A stretch of DNA of 64,000 bases from Felis catus (GCF_018350175.1 NC_058383.1:15812001-15876000), one strand, 5' to 3'. Positions 24,964 through 38,984 are shown, numbered from the stretch's first letter. Made by a program: numbers and translations. The notes: a model not told the origin generated them from the letters alone.

Positions 24964-25400
24964 TGAAAGAGGATTTCAACAACCTCCATTTTGACCTCAG
25001 TCTCTACTTTCTAATTGATTAGGTTTTTCTTTCCAGTTTATCTCTGAACTCAGGCAAAAGAGCTTGCAGGCAAAGCATCCCCTGTTGGGAACCGAAAATA
25101 CCTGCTAGAGCTGTAAAGACCGGACTGAGCCAGCAAGACCCTGCCTGTGACTGAGCCCAAGACAATGAGCGACCTGATCTTCACTGCCCACCTGCAGGTA
25201 CCCACCGACCTTTGTCCCATATTTTCCTTGTTTAAACCTGGAGGTATTTTTGGCACTTTGGAGACAGTGTTTGAGATGCTAGTGCAGCTGTCTTTGGGTG
25301 GTAGCCTCACTGAAATAAATCCCTTTCTTGTTTCACGGCCACTTGTGTCTCTGCCTTTGTCAGCGGCACGTGGCTGAAGCCGGTCTGTTTGGGACCCCAG
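24964..25400 (+). mobile_element. LTR-like element
   Basis: TG start; TTTAAA box near 25231; AATAAA at 25314-25319; U5-like end. Right boundary uncertain. Confidence 0.5.
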
Positions 25401-26387
25401 AGCCAAGCTCTTGCACCCCTGTGCCCCGGCTACATTTACAGCTATTTTTTTTCCTTCAAATCTGCGTGTTGCCTTTAGTTATGTCACTTTTGTCTCTTTC
25501 CTCACCCTTTCTCTGTCTTCTGAGGCATACTAGTTATTTGTAAATACCTTCAAGTTGAGTTTGTCTGCTGTTTGGGGGTCAGGAACACCCCAAAGGGAAG
25601 TGCCATCATAGCAAGAGGCACACAAGGTCAGTGTTAACTTCTGGTTAAGTTAGGTTTCTCCACTGTGAAGTTAACATTTTTCCCTTTGTAAGTTACAAGT
25701 AATCTGTTGAAACTACTTAGTATTTCAGGGACTGTGGAAATATCCTGTTCCCTGTCTCATGGTGATTCCTGCCTGGCCCTGCTGTTTTTGCCAGTCATTC
25801 AAGGAAAGTGGAGCTGGCCAACGCCCAGGGGCTGAGGCTCTAGCCAGATTGGACAGAGAAGGAAAAGCAACCAGGACAGGAAACTAAGCAGAAGACAGTG
25901 AAGGCATTCTGAATGCCACGCTGGGACCTGAGCTGCAGCTCACTGAAGTATGACCGGCAGGCACCCCCCTCACCCTTCAGTGCGCTTCAGGCCCCTTAGG
26001 GCTGCCACAGTGGGGCTGGCCCTTCATAGGATCACGCTCTGGAAAGGGACCAGTTTGCAGGAAGCAGAAAAACCATCCTTTCCTTCCTTATTCCCTAGTG
26101 GTCCCTGGTAATTTCCAGGGGGAAGTGCCTCAGACATATTATTTCTGGAAATTTTCCAGGGGCCCAGTGAATCTGAAGGGTTCTGGATCTCTGGGCCCTG
26201 CCTGGCCCTCCCAGCCAGGCTCCCCCATACACCCTCTGCCTGTTTGCTCCACTCCTTGCAAATATTTGCTGTGCTGTTGTACACAACCCTGTGCTGGCAG
26301 TCAGGGTGGAACGTGGGTGTGCATACCCACAGGACACACATGGCCCCAGACAAATTGGCCATAAGCTCTTGTATGCCCAACAGAAGG

Positions 26388-26829
26388 TGTGTTCGCTTCC
26401 TGCGGCTGCCATAACAAATCACCACAAACCAAGTGGCTTAACACAGCAGGAATTTATTTTCACACAGTTCTGGAGGTCAGAGGTCTGAAATCAAGGTGTC
26501 AGTAGGACGTGCTCCTTCGGCAGGTCCTCTAGGGGGACACCTTCCTCAGCCTGTACAGCCTCTGGTAGCTGCAGGCATTCCGTGGCTTCCTTCACTGTAT
26601 CTTGCAATTTCTGCCACTGCGGTCACATTGCCCCTCTCCTTTCACAGACAACTTGTCATTGGCTTTCAGGCAGGATCCTGCAGATACTGGATAATCCAGG
26701 CTGATCTCATAGTGAGATCCTTAACTCGATTACTGTGCAAAGACCCTTTTTCCAAGTAAGGTCACATTCACAGGTTCTGGGGGTTTGCACGTATCTTTCG
26801 GGGCGGGAGGCACCATTCAACCCACTACA
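26388..26829. mobile_element. MaLR LTR (MLT1-like)
   Basis: 'gctgccataacaaatcaccacaaac...tggcttaa', 'cacagttctggaggtcagaggtctgaaatcaaggtgtcag', ending 'attcaacccactaca'. Confidence 0.8.
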
Positions 26830-27533
26830 GATGGATCCATGTACTTTCTTCTTCCATTCTACACAAATGGCAATTTTCCAAATGTTCTCTGAACGAATTC
26901 TAAACTCATGGCTGGAAGTCATTAAAATAGTCTCTAATGGCTCTTTTGGGGCTACCCAAATATTTTTCTTCAACACAACAAATACACACACATGCACACA
27001 CACTCACACACACAAACACCTAGACAGAGATTTACACATTGTACAAACGTGCTTTACAGAAATGTGTATGTATTCGGTACTCATTCATTTGTCACATATT
27101 GATTGAGTGCCCGCTACGTGCCAGGCCCTGTGGAGCAGAGGAAACACAACAGTGAACAAGGCAGCAAGCCCACTTCTAGTTTACACTCCGGTAAAATATT
27201 TACATGCACACAATGAGAAAAATAAAAATGCAGAATACTCCAGGCTTGTACAGGCCCAGTGCTCCCAGAAGAACTAAATTCAAAAATTCTAGGCCATAGG
27301 CAGCAAGGGAGTGTGAAGGCATTGATGTAAATAACCAAAGTACCGGCAAAGTGGTTTTTAAAACAACAAATCATTGGGGCGCCTGGGTGACTTCGTTGGT
27401 TAAGTATCTGACTTTGGCTCAGGTCATGATCTTACAGTCTGTGAGTCTGAGCCCTGTGGCAGGCTCTGTGCTGACAGCTCAGAGCCTCAGCTTGCTTTGG
27501 ATTCTGTGTCTCCCTCTGTCTCTGCCCCTCCCC

Positions 27534-27581
<48 letters not shown>

Positions 27582-28360
27582 ATAAACATTTAAAAAAATT
27601 TTAAACAGCAGATCATTGATTAAGTGAAACATTTGTGAGCAGGGTGAATCCCATTTCTGAAAGAACAAATATTGTTATGGAGGGACATGCAGTTCTGGGG
27701 TGTGAGTTAGAGGAGTCTGAACAAATGGGCCCACCTGGGCCTTAAAACAGCCAGAGAAGGCCAGAATACACGCCTATGCCAGTTTTCTGAGAACAAAAAA
27801 CACTAGGCTGGATGGGGAAAGAGAGATTGCCCACAGGAGGCAAGTGCAGGAAGCAGAGGGTCAGAAGTTGGCAATAATGTACAGACAAAGGTGAGACTAA
27901 TGAATATAATATCATGGCATTGAAAAAGCAGACCTAGGCCAGCCACCTAGTGACTATGTCCCTGACATGGCCACAGAGAGAGGTTCCCACTCAAACCTCA
28001 GACCACGCCTCCTCCCCTTGAGTAACTTATGTTTTCTAAGAAAGCAAGCTACCGATTGATGCATTCTTCCGAAGTCTGAGGTGGGAGGAAGGGGAGTGTG
28101 AAAGGCGTGGAAAGTGTGAGTAGAAGAGGGAGGGCTTCTCTCAGGTAGGGGCCAGAGGCAGGAGCCCTCAACCCTGTCCAGGCTTAGAATGACCTGGGAG
28201 CATTTTACCCCTCCCCAAACCAATTAATCAGAGTCTCTGGGGATGGTGTTTGGTGCTAGGTATTTATATAGCACAGCGAGGCTGACAGCCAATGGTTAAT
28301 AGGTGACCAGTGAGAAATGTTCTGTATACACTAGGCCAAACATGTTAGAGATCCTCAGAC

Positions 28361-28540
28361 ACAGTGGTTCTTAAACTTCAGGTGCATCAGAATCTCCTGA
28401 AAGACTCGTTCAAACACAGATTGCTGAGCCCCACCCCCAGAGTTTCTGATTCAGTGGGTCTGTAACCACCAGACCCAACATTTGCATTTTTAACAAGATC
28501 CAGGTGACGATGATAATTACTGATCTGGGACCACACCTTG
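28361..28540. mobile_element. MER5A-like hAT DNA transposon relic
   Basis: 'cagtggttcttaaactt...gcatcagaatc...cccacccccagagtttctgattcag...gggaccacac'. Confidence 0.75.
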
Positions 28541-28544
28541 GCAG

Positions 28545-28759
28545 CCATTGTTCTATCCTTCCCCAGCCAATCGGCTGAGGCCATGATCCCTATAAGACCT
28601 TTGTGCTTTTGAAACCCGCTCTCTCTCTCTGGTATCTCACCACTGCCTCGGTGCAGGTAGGGGATTGAGCTCGAGCTAGCTCGAATAAAGGCTCTTTGCT
28701 TTTGCATCGGACTCGGCTCCCTGGTGGTCTTTGGGGATCACGAATTCTGGGCATAACAG
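28545..28759 (+). mobile_element. 3' part of an ERV LTR
   Basis: CCAAT ~28567, TATAA ~28591, AATAAA 28684-28689, terminal ...GGCATAACA; several CpGs retained. Confidence 0.65.
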
Positions 28760-28789
28760 CATTACCTACTGAAACTGGCATTCACACAA

Positions 28790-29150
28790 GTGTGATGGGT
28801 ATGTGATGCGGCAACTCAGCTAGGCTTAACTACAGAGCCCAGAATTCTCTTTCTAGTGTGATCCTAGTTAGTGTGGGCTACAAGCAATATTCTTGCCTGG
28901 CAGTCTGAGGGTGGAAGGAAGGCAGCAGCCATTTGGTAGCCTACACACAGTTTCTCCTCGTTATTCACACAATTCTTATCTATTCCCTCTGGATCTTCCT
29001 TCCCTCTGTCTGTGAACAAGCTTCCACCTGTGTATGTGGAATTCCAGCCTGCTCGTGACCTTCCCTTCCTGACTGCCTGCCGGCTGCGAACTTTGGACTT
29101 ACTTTGCCAGCCCCCACAACTGCAGAAGTCAATCCCTTAAGATATAAAAC
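28790..29150 (+). mobile_element. ERV-L LTR fragment (MLT2-like)
   Basis: 'tgtgatgg...caactcagctaggc' start and 'gccagcccccacaactgc...aatcccttaa' end. Confidence 0.55.
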
Positions 29151-29821
29151 ATATTTAAAAAGAGAAAAAAAAATGTATCTATAGGCTGAACTCTTTTTTT
29201 ATAAAGTGTTAGGAATTAAAAAACCTTTTTAAGTTTTTATTTTTGAGAGGGAGAGATTGTGTACATGTGTGAGTGAGTAGGGGAAGGGCAGAGAGAGAGG
29301 GAGAGAGAATATCCCAAGCAGGCTCCATGCTGTCAGGGCAGAGCCCTCCTCAGGGCTTGATCTGACAAACCATGAGATCATGACCTGAACTGAAATCAAG
29401 AGTCAGATCCTTAACTGACTGAGCCACCCAGGTGCCCCTCAAATATTTTTTAAAAAGTTAAACTACATGTTGAAATAAATTTCAAATACAAAAGTTTATA
29501 ATCATATCATAAAACGTCAAAGTATTATCACAAATTATATATTATAAATCTATAAATTGTTAACAAATTCATTTAATGAAAATTAAGTATCCTTTAGGGG
29601 CACCTGGGTGGCTCAGTCAGTTAAGCATCTGATTCTTGATTTCTGCTCAGGTCACGATCTCATGGCCCGTGAGTTCGAGCCCTGTGTTGGGCTCTGTGCT
29701 GACAGCTCAGGGCCTGGAGCCTGCTTCAGATTCTGTGTCGCCCTCTCTTTCTCTGCCCCTCCCCCACTCACACTCTGTCTCTCTCTCAAAAATAAATAAA
29801 CATTAAAAACATTTTTAAAAA

Positions 29822-31650
29822 GAAAAGAAATGGAAAGACATTCATGGTTCATGGATTTGAAGAACAAATATTGTTAAAATGTCTACTACCCAAAGCAATC
29901 TACACATTTAATGGAATTCCTATCAATATGCCAACAGTATTTTTCACAGAACTAGAACAAACAATCCTAAAATTTGTATGGATCACAAAAGACCTTGAGC
30001 AGCCAAAACAATCTTAAAAAAAGGAAAGCAAAGTTGGAGGCATCACAATTCCGAACTTCAACTTATACTACAAAGCTGTAGTGATCAAAAGAGTATGGTA
30101 CTGGCACAAAAATAAGACACATGGATCAATAGAACAGAGTACAAAATCCAGACATAAACCCACAATTTTATGGTCAATTAATCTTTGACAAAGCAGCAAA
30201 TAATATGCAATGGGAAAAAGAATGTCTCTTCAACAAATGGTGTTGGGAAAACTGGACAGCAACATGCAAAACAATGAAATTGCACCACTTTATTATACCA
30301 TACACAAAAAATAAACTCAATATGGATCAAAGATCAAAATATGAGACCTGAAACCATAAACATCCTAGAAAACAGCACAGGCAGTAATTTCTCTGACATT
30401 GGCCACAGCAACATTTCTCTAGATAGGTCTCCTGAGGCAAGGGAAACAAAAGCAAGAATAAACCATTGGGACTACATCAAAATTAAAAGCTTCTGCATGG
30501 TGGAGGAAACAATCAACAAAACGAAAAGGCAACTTACATAATGGGAGAAGATATTTGCAAGTGACGTATTCAATGAAGAGTTAGTATCCAAAATATATGA
30601 AGAACTTATACAACCCAATGCTCCAAAACAAAATGATCCAATTTAAAGTTTTTTTTTTTTTAGTGTTATTTATTTTTCAGATAGAGAGAAACAGAGCATG
30701 AATGGGGGAAGGGTCAGAGAGAGGGAGACACAGAATCTGAAACAGGCTCCAGGCTCTGAGCGGTCAGCACAGAGCCTGACATGGGGCTTGAACTCGTGAC
30801 CACAAGATCATGACCTGAGCTGAAGTCGGACACCCAACCGACTGAGCCACCCAGGCGCCCCCCAAATGATCCAATTTAAAAACGGGCAGACATTTCTCCA
30901 AAGACATACAGATGGTCAACAGACACATGAAAAGATGTTCAACATCACTCCATCATGAAGGAAATGCAAATCAGAACTACAATGAGCTATCACCTCACAT
31001 GTGTTAGAATGGCTAAAATCAACAACACAAAAACAACAGGTGTTAGCAAGGATGTGGAGAAAGGGGGAACCCTCTTGCACTGTTGGTGGGAATGTAAACT
31101 AGTGCAGCCACTCTGGAAAACAGTACGGAGTTTCTCAAAAAGTTAAAAATGACCTACTCTATATTCCAGCAATCACATTACTGGGTATGTACCCAAAGAA
31201 CACTAATTCAAAGGTATACATGGACCTCAATGTTTATAGCAGCATTATTTACAATAGCCAACATATGGAAGCAGCCCAAGTGTCCACTGATTGATGAATA
31301 AAGAAGATGTGGTATATATATACAATGGAATATTATTCAGCCAGAAAACATAATGAAATATTGCCATTTGCAACAACATGGATGGAGACAGAGAGTATTA
31401 TGCTAAGGGAAATGTCAGTCAGAAAAAAGACAAATACCATATGATTTCACTCATATAGAAACAGAACAAATAAGCAAAGGGAAAAACAGAGGAAGGCAAA
31501 CCAAAAGACAGACTCTTAGCCATAGAGAACAAACTGATGGTCACCAAAGGAGAGGTAGGTGAGGAATGGGTGAAATAAGTGATGTGGATGAAGAAGTGCA
31601 GTTGTCATGATAAGAACTGGGTGATTAACAGAAAAACTTAAAAATAAATA
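29822..31650 (+). mobile_element. 5'-truncated carnivore LINE-1, decayed, with a SINE at ~30648-30863
   Basis: ORF2 C-terminal peptides ([26 protein letters not shown]) followed by a 3' UTR. Confidence 0.9.
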
Positions 31651-31983
31651 AGGGGCACCTGGGTGGCTCAGTCAGTTAAGTGTCTGACTCGATTTTGGCT
31701 CGGGTCAAGATTTCAGGATTTGTGACTGGACTGACAGTGCAGAGCCTGCTTAGGATTCTCTCTCTCCCTCTCTCTCTCTGTCCCTCCCCTGCTCATTTGC
31801 TCGCTCTCTCTCTCTTGCTCAAAATAAATAAATAAACTTTAAATTAACAGATAAGTAAATAAATAAATACCAAAAAAATAGTGTCTGGAGTTATAACTTC
31901 TGTGCAATTATTTCCAGATACTGAAAAACTCCTTACCCTTCACTAGTTGGGAGAAGATGACGAGTTAGACACAAATATTTTTC

Positions 31984-32523
31984 TGTTAAAAAAACACAGA
32001 ATTTGGGACACCAGGGTGGCTCAGTCGGTTAAGCGTCCAAATTCAGCTCAGGTCATGATCTCATGGCTCGTAGGTTCTAGCCCCACATCAGGCTCTGCAC
32101 TGACAGTGTGAAGCCTGCTTGGGATTCTCTCTCTTTCCCTCTCTCTCTGCCCCTCCCCCACTCATGCTTTTTCTCTCTCAAAAATAAATAAATAAACTTA
32201 AAAAAAATTCACCTGAGTAAATTGCAAATATCTTATTGGCTTTATTCAATGATTCATGAATCAGCCAGCAGACAAAAGGCAGAAGAGAACAGGAACAAGG
32301 AAGTTATACTAGCGAAAAGCAGATTGGTTGTGGCAATCCTTTAGGGGATGGCAGGAGACCATGAAGCAGGTTGCCTCGCTAACTGATTTGACCAGGTAAT
32401 TTCTCACTAACTGATTTAATATTCCATTTCTGGAAGAACCAAAACTGTAATTAAGTTAAGTCTTTGGTTTGTGGGGATTAAAATAATCGATTCCATTTGG
32501 GGCATGTTGTTTTGTTTTCAACA
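31984..32523 (-). mobile_element. 3' LTR of a decayed class-I ERV, with a SINE insertion at ~32005-32207
   Basis: On the minus strand the polypurine tract AAAGGGGGGAA(T) directly precedes TG at 32523; AATAAA at 32246-32241; ends CA at 31984. Confidence 0.7.
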
Positions 32524-32999
32524 ATTCCCCCCTTTGATCAGACTCAGTCTGAGAGCAGTGATAAAAATGTAAGGCATTAGCGCTGTTCCCAGCTACCACT
32601 CTGAAGCTGCTTATTCTCTGTGTGGTATTCATTCGTCACAGCATTTGGTTCACATTCTTTAAGTCGGTCATTCCCTTTGTTCCTTTTCTGATGTTCTAGT
32701 CTTAGGGAGGTCATTTGCTTGGTGGTTACCAGCTGTGAACATGTATTTAAAGTTTCTGAGAGGGGCGCCTGGGTGGCTCAGTCGGTTAAGCGTCCGACTT
32801 CGGCTCAGGTCATGATCTCACAGTTTGTAAGTTCGAGCCCCGCGTCAGGCTCTGTGCTGACAGCTCAGAGCCTGGAGCCTGCTTCACATTCTGTGTCTCC
32901 CTCTCTCTCTGCCCCTTCCCTGCTCACGCTGTGTCTCTCTCTGTCTCAAAAATAAATAAACATTAAAAAAAATAAATAAATAAAGTGTCTGAGAGAATG

Positions 33000-33890
33000 C
33001 AGTATGCTCAGGAGATAATTGTGATTATTATAAACAGACTAACTCCCAATATCTGAAGTGCATTTCAGAGCCATGGTCCCCAAGACTCAAATCAATCAAA
33101 ATCAGAGAAGTAAAAAAAAAGACATTGAAGGGTCACTTTTGTAAGCTAAGTGGATTATTCAATGATTTTATGTAGCTTCCAGTGACATAAAAAAGCGTTC
33201 ATCCAGGCACAGCAACTGGTGTCGGCCATAGCTCAGACATCTTGCTCAGCTAAAAGATAATCAAAGGCTATCCTTCGGCCAGAGAATCTAAGGAATGTTG
33301 TTGGGCACCTACTGCTTCAGTAGCAGATTCTGCAACATCTTCAAGAGAGAGGTTCTTGACCATAGTGTCATCTGTAGTTACTCCTAACCAGGAGAAGAAA
33401 GATCTGCCAAAGGAAGAGACTTTGAATCATTGAATGTCTCTTGAAAATTCCTGTTTGGGTCTGTCATCAGGACTAGAAAGGTGACAGCCATAGAGGCCAG
33501 TAAAACTTGAGGATCTGTAGACCACACAAGAAGTTATTTTGGTTATTCTTGCCTTGTGTACCTTTCTGTGTAAGAGCCTGGATGCAAGATTCCCAGGTTT
33601 GGGGTTTTGAACCAGAAACAGGGAAATAGACACCCAGGGTTAGGGAGCCTAATATGTTGGAGAGGAAGCTGAGTTTGTTGTAGAGAAGTTGAGGCATTGG
33701 AAATCAGGAAGAAGTTTGTGACAGGCAAAACCACAGAATCTTCAGAACCATGGCAAATCCAAAGGACGTTTGGAAGTTGGATTATCTCCCTTTGCAATGT
33801 CTGAAATATGTAAACAATGGTATTTCCCTTCCAGGCCAGAGCAAGGCAAAAGGTGAACAAAAGAATCATAAGGCACTTCATGGTGTAAGA
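33000..33890 (-). pseudogene. Retroviral env remnant
   Basis: Manual translation: signal-like MKCLMILLFTFCLALAWKGN...WICH; TM region FGRSFFSWLGV...VKNLSL...AQQHSLDSLA, then after a frameshift RIAFDYLLAEQDV*AMADTSCCAWMN (immunosuppressive domain and CX6CC with the first Cys mutated to stop). Confidence 0.85.
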
Positions 33891-34090
33891 ACTGGGAAAA
33901 AGGATGGTTAGGGGCACCTGGGTGGCTCAGTTGGCTGAGCATCTGACTCTTGATTTTGGCCCAGGTCATGATCTCACAGTTTGTGGGTTTAAGCCCTGAG
34001 TCGGGCTCTATGTTGACAGTGTGAAGCCTGCTTGGGATTCTCTCTCTCTTCCACTCTCTCTCTCTCTCTGCCCCTCCCCGACTCACATGC

Positions 34091-34142
<52 letters not shown>

Positions 34143-34319
34143 ATAAATAAATAAACTTAAAAAAAAAGAAAAAAGATAATTAGATAGGGAAAGAGAAATG
34201 GAAAGAAATGGTCTTGATCTGATGTCTTGGAAAGAAGCAGTCTACCTCAATGTCAGCTACTTCTCTTCCGAGGCAATTTGATTTTGAGGTTTCCAGCATT
34301 TGCACAGGACCAGATGTAA

Positions 34320-34425
34320 GGTGGAGCCTTCTTCAGTTGTGAAATATGCACCCAAGGTTCAACACCTTATAATTTGGCATCAGTGTTGGTAGTAAATACT
34401 TGGTACAGTTCTTTCCATGAGGCTC
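34320..34425 (-). pseudogene. Retroviral pol (integrase C-terminus) remnant
   Basis: Manual translation SWKELYQVFTTNTDAKL*GVEPWVHISQLKKAP, resembling the gamma-type integrase end W.GPY.VLLTT.TA.K..G...W.H.S.LK.A. Confidence 0.8.
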
Positions 34426-37400
34426 ACTTTTACAAAAGTGTCAGGATAAAACAATAATTGTCTGTAAATGATAAAAGACTTTAAAATACCCATTGCAGGG
34501 GCGCCTGGGTGGCGCAGTCGGTTAAGCGTCCGACTTCAGCCAGGTCACGATCTCGCGGTCCGGGAGTTCAAGCCCCGCGTCAGGCTCTGGGCTGATGGCT
34601 CAGAGCCTGGAGCCTGTTTCAGATTCTGTGTCTCCCTCTCTCTCTGCCCCTCCCCCGCTCATGCTCTGTCTCTCTCTGTCCCAAAAATAAATAAACGTTG
34701 AAAAAAAAAATTTTTTTAAATACCCATTGCTAAAGATCTGATGAGAGTTCACTACTGACCAGAAAATTTGGTTATTTCTGTGACACAACATCTTGACATA
34801 ATTAGAATTATTACTAATAACATTATACCAGGACATATCAGATTCCTAGGAATTTCAAACAATTTCCAGAACACTTATATTAACAGAAGCATTGCTTTTT
34901 GCTTAATAATACTTACCAAGTAATTTATTTTTTTTAATGTTCATTTATTTTTGAGAGAGAGAGAGTGCAAGCAGGGGAGGGGCAGAGAGAGAGGAGGACA
35001 GAGGATCCAAAGAGGGCTGTGTGCTGACAGCAATGAAAATCAGATGTTCACCCAACTGAGCCAACCAGGCCCCCCCCATGTAATTTAATATATCAAATAA
35101 TCCTAATTAGTTTAGTATCTCTTTTTTTATAAAGAGAGAAAACAATTCTTTTTTTTTTTAATGTTTATTTATTTATTTTGTGAGAGAGGGAGAGAGAGTA
35201 TGAGCAGGGGAGGGGCAGAGAGAAGGAGAAAGAAAGAATCCCAAGCAGGCTCCATCCACATCCAGTATAGAACCCAATGTGGGGCTTGATCTCACCTGAG
35301 CCAATATCAAGAGTCGGACACTTAACTGACTCACTCACCCAGATGCTCTGAGAACAAACCTTTTGAGATGTTCCTGGGAGCCACTGAAAAATCCCGGTTA
35401 GTTGGAGGTTGAAAAAAGACTTTATTTAGAATTAGATTTTGGGAAGTTATTTTAAAATATCAAAGGGTTTTGGGCACTTGACTAAAAAGGATCACAGAGC
35501 ATTATGAAATAATATTTAATTATCCATTTAATCAAAGTGATAATAAAAAATGTCAAAGGCAAATACAGAAGGTTACATAGTTCAGAACAAAACTTAGCCC
35601 TTTTAATATTGAGAAATTTAGGTTTACTTGAATAATCAAAGACATGTTGATAAAGATAACATGAAACACAGGAAATTATTATTATTATTTATTTTAGGGA
35701 GAGAGAGCGCAAGCAGGGTATAGGGGCAGAGGGAGAGAGAAAGGGAGACTCTTAAGCAGGCTCCACACTCAGCATAGCCCCACAAGGGCCTCAATCCCAT
35801 GACCCTGGGGTCGTATCTGAGCCGAAATCAAGAATTGGATGCTAAACCAACTGAGCCACCAAGGCACCCTGAGATTACTTCAGTAAAACCCAAATTTTTT
35901 TCTTTCTAGGCAGATTACTTAAAAGATAAAAAACAAAAACAAAAAAACAAGCAAAAAAACCCAACACCTTTGTTTAAATTTCTTATTGAGAGCAGACCAA
36001 TATTCTAAGAAAAAGTTTGCCTTTTTAACAGAGAGAACCCAAATTCTAATTTTGTATCAGTGTACTTTTGATATTAAAATTAATTAAAATTTTAAAAATT
36101 TAATTAAATCCATTTCAATATTAGCCAGCTTGACCACACATAAAATTCCTTCCCCAAGATCTCTTTTCCACAAATCTTCTACAACTTTCTATGTCCATTT
36201 AGTTTGCCCTTTGTTCTCTTTCCCATTCTGAAACCATCAGCTTTACTTTAGGACAAAATTACTTTCTTTTCCTTCAACAAAAATACATCTCTATTCCTCA
36301 TACTTTACTTACTGAAAATACACTTCTATTTTCCTTCTATACAGAGATGTTTCCCTTATTATTTCTATTACTTTTAATTAACATATCAGAATTTTTAACC
36401 CCTAAAAACCTTAATTTATAGTGAAAATTAGGAAGAAAACAATTGTCCATTACCGGCAAATTTATAAATATATTTCATAATTTCTAGGAGTATATTCTTG
36501 TTCCTAGTAAATTTTCCAGTATGGCACGAACATGTTTACTAATAGACCCAAATATATTTAGTTTCTCTGTGAAAGGAAGCCAAAAGTGTGCTTGGGTGTC
36601 TCAGTCGGTTGAGTGTCCAACTTCGACTCAGGTCATGATCTTGCAGTCCATGAGTTCGAGCCCTGCATCAGGCTCTGTGCTGACAGCTCAGGGCCTGGAG
36701 CCTGTTTTGGATTCTGTGTCTCCCTCCCTCTCTCTCTGACCCTCCCCCGTTCATGCTCTGTCTCTCTCTGTCTCAAAAATAAATAAACGTTTAAACATTT
36801 TTTTTTTAAAAAAAGAAGCCAAAAGTAAGTAAACCTATGTCCAGTAATTAATGTTTTATTATTTTATCTTATTTGACAGTGTTCTAGATATTCATTTTAA
36901 CTTAACTCAGCAAAACTCTAAAGTTTCAAGTTACCAAAAAGATTTGGGGAAACTATGTTAGTAGACATACCATAAAACATAACAGTTGCTGAAAAATTCA
37001 CTTAATAACTCTTATCTCATTTATGTCTATCTAAATCACTTGCTCCTGCAATCATGCTTAGACAATACATGAAAACTTCATGAGACACTAGACAAAAGTT
37101 AGCCATTTTTCTTGCTGATAAATTCTGTAACAGAGATAACATGAGTTTGTCTTTTAGTAAACCTAGATAAAAGTGTTATACTTAATGCTGATAATTCAAA
37201 GGACACATCTATTTTAATTAAACCAACAAACTTTAACCAGTTTTTATTTACTAAAGACTTATCCTAGATCATATGAACCTGAAAAACACTGAGGTTGTTT
37301 TTATATTTCTGAGAATATACTTAATTTATATGGTGCTTGATTGTTTTCTTTTTTTAATGTGTTATTTATTTTTGAGAGAGAGAGTGAGCATGAGTGGGAA

Positions 37401-38020
37401 AGGGGCAGAGAGAGAGGAAGACATAGGATCTAAAACAGGCTCTATGCTGACAGCAGTGAGCCCGATGTGGGGCTCAAACTCACGAACCATGAGATCATGA
37501 CCTGAGCTGAAGTCAGACACTCAACCAACTGAACCACCCAGGTGCCCCAGTGCTTGTTTGTTTTTAAGCCAATTAAATAGAGCTCTTTGCAAATTACTTT
37601 TTAGCAACACCATACAGAGGTAGAAAAATATCACACATCTATAATAATGCATACATAGACAGACATAAACATACAGACATCACAGAGATCTTAAAGCTTT
37701 TGTTTTAAAATTTTCATACAGGGGGCACCTGGGTGGCGCAGTCGGTTAAGCGTCTGACTTCAGCCAGGTCACGATCTCGCGGTCCGTGAGTTCGAGCCCC
37801 ACGTCAGGCTCTGGGCTGATGGCTCGGAGCCTGGAGCCTGTTTCCGATTCTGTGTCTCCCTCTCTCTCTGCCCCTCCCCCGTTCATGCTCTGTCTCTCTC
37901 TGTCCCAAAAATAAATAAACGTTAAAAAAAAAAATTTAAAATTTTCATACAGAAAATGGGTATGGTAATGCAAAAGTTGCTAGTTTATAAAAGAACAGTT
38001 GAACTCAAATTATATTTCTG

Positions 38021-38395
38021 CAACAGGTGTTGGCAAAGATGTGGAGAAAGGGGAACCCTCTTGCACTGTTGATGGGAATGCAAACTTGTGCAGCCACTCT
38101 GGACAACAATATGGAGTTTCCTCAAAAAGATACAAATAGAACTACCCTACAATCCAGCAGTCGCACTATAGGTATTTACCCAAAAAATACAAAAATACTA
38201 ATTCAAAGGGATACATGCACCCCAATGTTTATAGCAGCATTATCTACAAGAACCAAATTATGGAAACAGCCCAAGTGTCCATCGACTGGTAGACGGATAA
38301 AGAAGATGTAGTGTATACATACAATGGAATATTAGTCATAAAAGAGAATGAAATCTTGCCATTTGCAATGACATGGGTTGAGCTACAGAGTATTT
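38021..38395 (+). mobile_element. Carnivore L1 ORF2-end fragment
   Basis: ORF 38027-38311 includes [23 protein letters not shown]...WKQPKCPS. Confidence 0.85.
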
Positions 38396-38984
38396 TCTTT
38401 CTAACTTTTTTAAAGTCTTATCTTGAGTGAGTAGGAAGTGGCTCATTCAGTACAGACTAGACCTTCCACTACAGGCCAGTATCTTGACTATTCTTGGCTT
38501 TTTGCACTTTCATGTAAATTTAGAATCAGCTAGTCAAGATCTATTAAGAAACATGTTGAGTTTTAATAAGAATTATGTCTAATCTATAAATCAACTTGAG
38601 GAGAATTAACCTTTATAATATTGAGTTTTCTAATCCATGAACATGATATGTTTCTTAAGACTCACACATGGATAGGGGCGCCTGGGTGGCTCAGTCAGTT
38701 GAGCGTCGACTTCGGCTCAGGTCATGATCTCACAGTTCGTGAGTTCAAGCCCTGCATCGGGCTCTGTGCTGACAGCTCAGAGCCTGGAGCCTGCTTCACA
38801 TTCTGTGTCTCCCTCTCTCTCTGCCCCTTCCCAGCTCATGCTCTGTCTCTCTCTGTCTCTCAAAGGTGAATAAACATTAAAAAAAATTTTTTTAATTAAA
38901 AAAAAAGACTCACACATGGATTAATGACTGCAAAAGAAGATATCAAAAAGGTGGGATTGTTGGTTCAGTGGACATATATGGGAA

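Larger units (their letters stand above)
32524..38020 (-). mobile_element. Decayed ERV1 internal region, split by about 9 SINEs; no 5' LTR seen
   Basis: PPT, env remnant and integrase C-terminal remnant in retroviral order, then a long AT-rich non-coding stretch; right boundary uncertain. Confidence 0.7.

Noticed and set aside
33000..33890. Possible domesticated env (syncytin-like) gene
   Set aside because: Frameshifts, in-frame stops, loss of the first CX6CC cysteine and a shortened SU region
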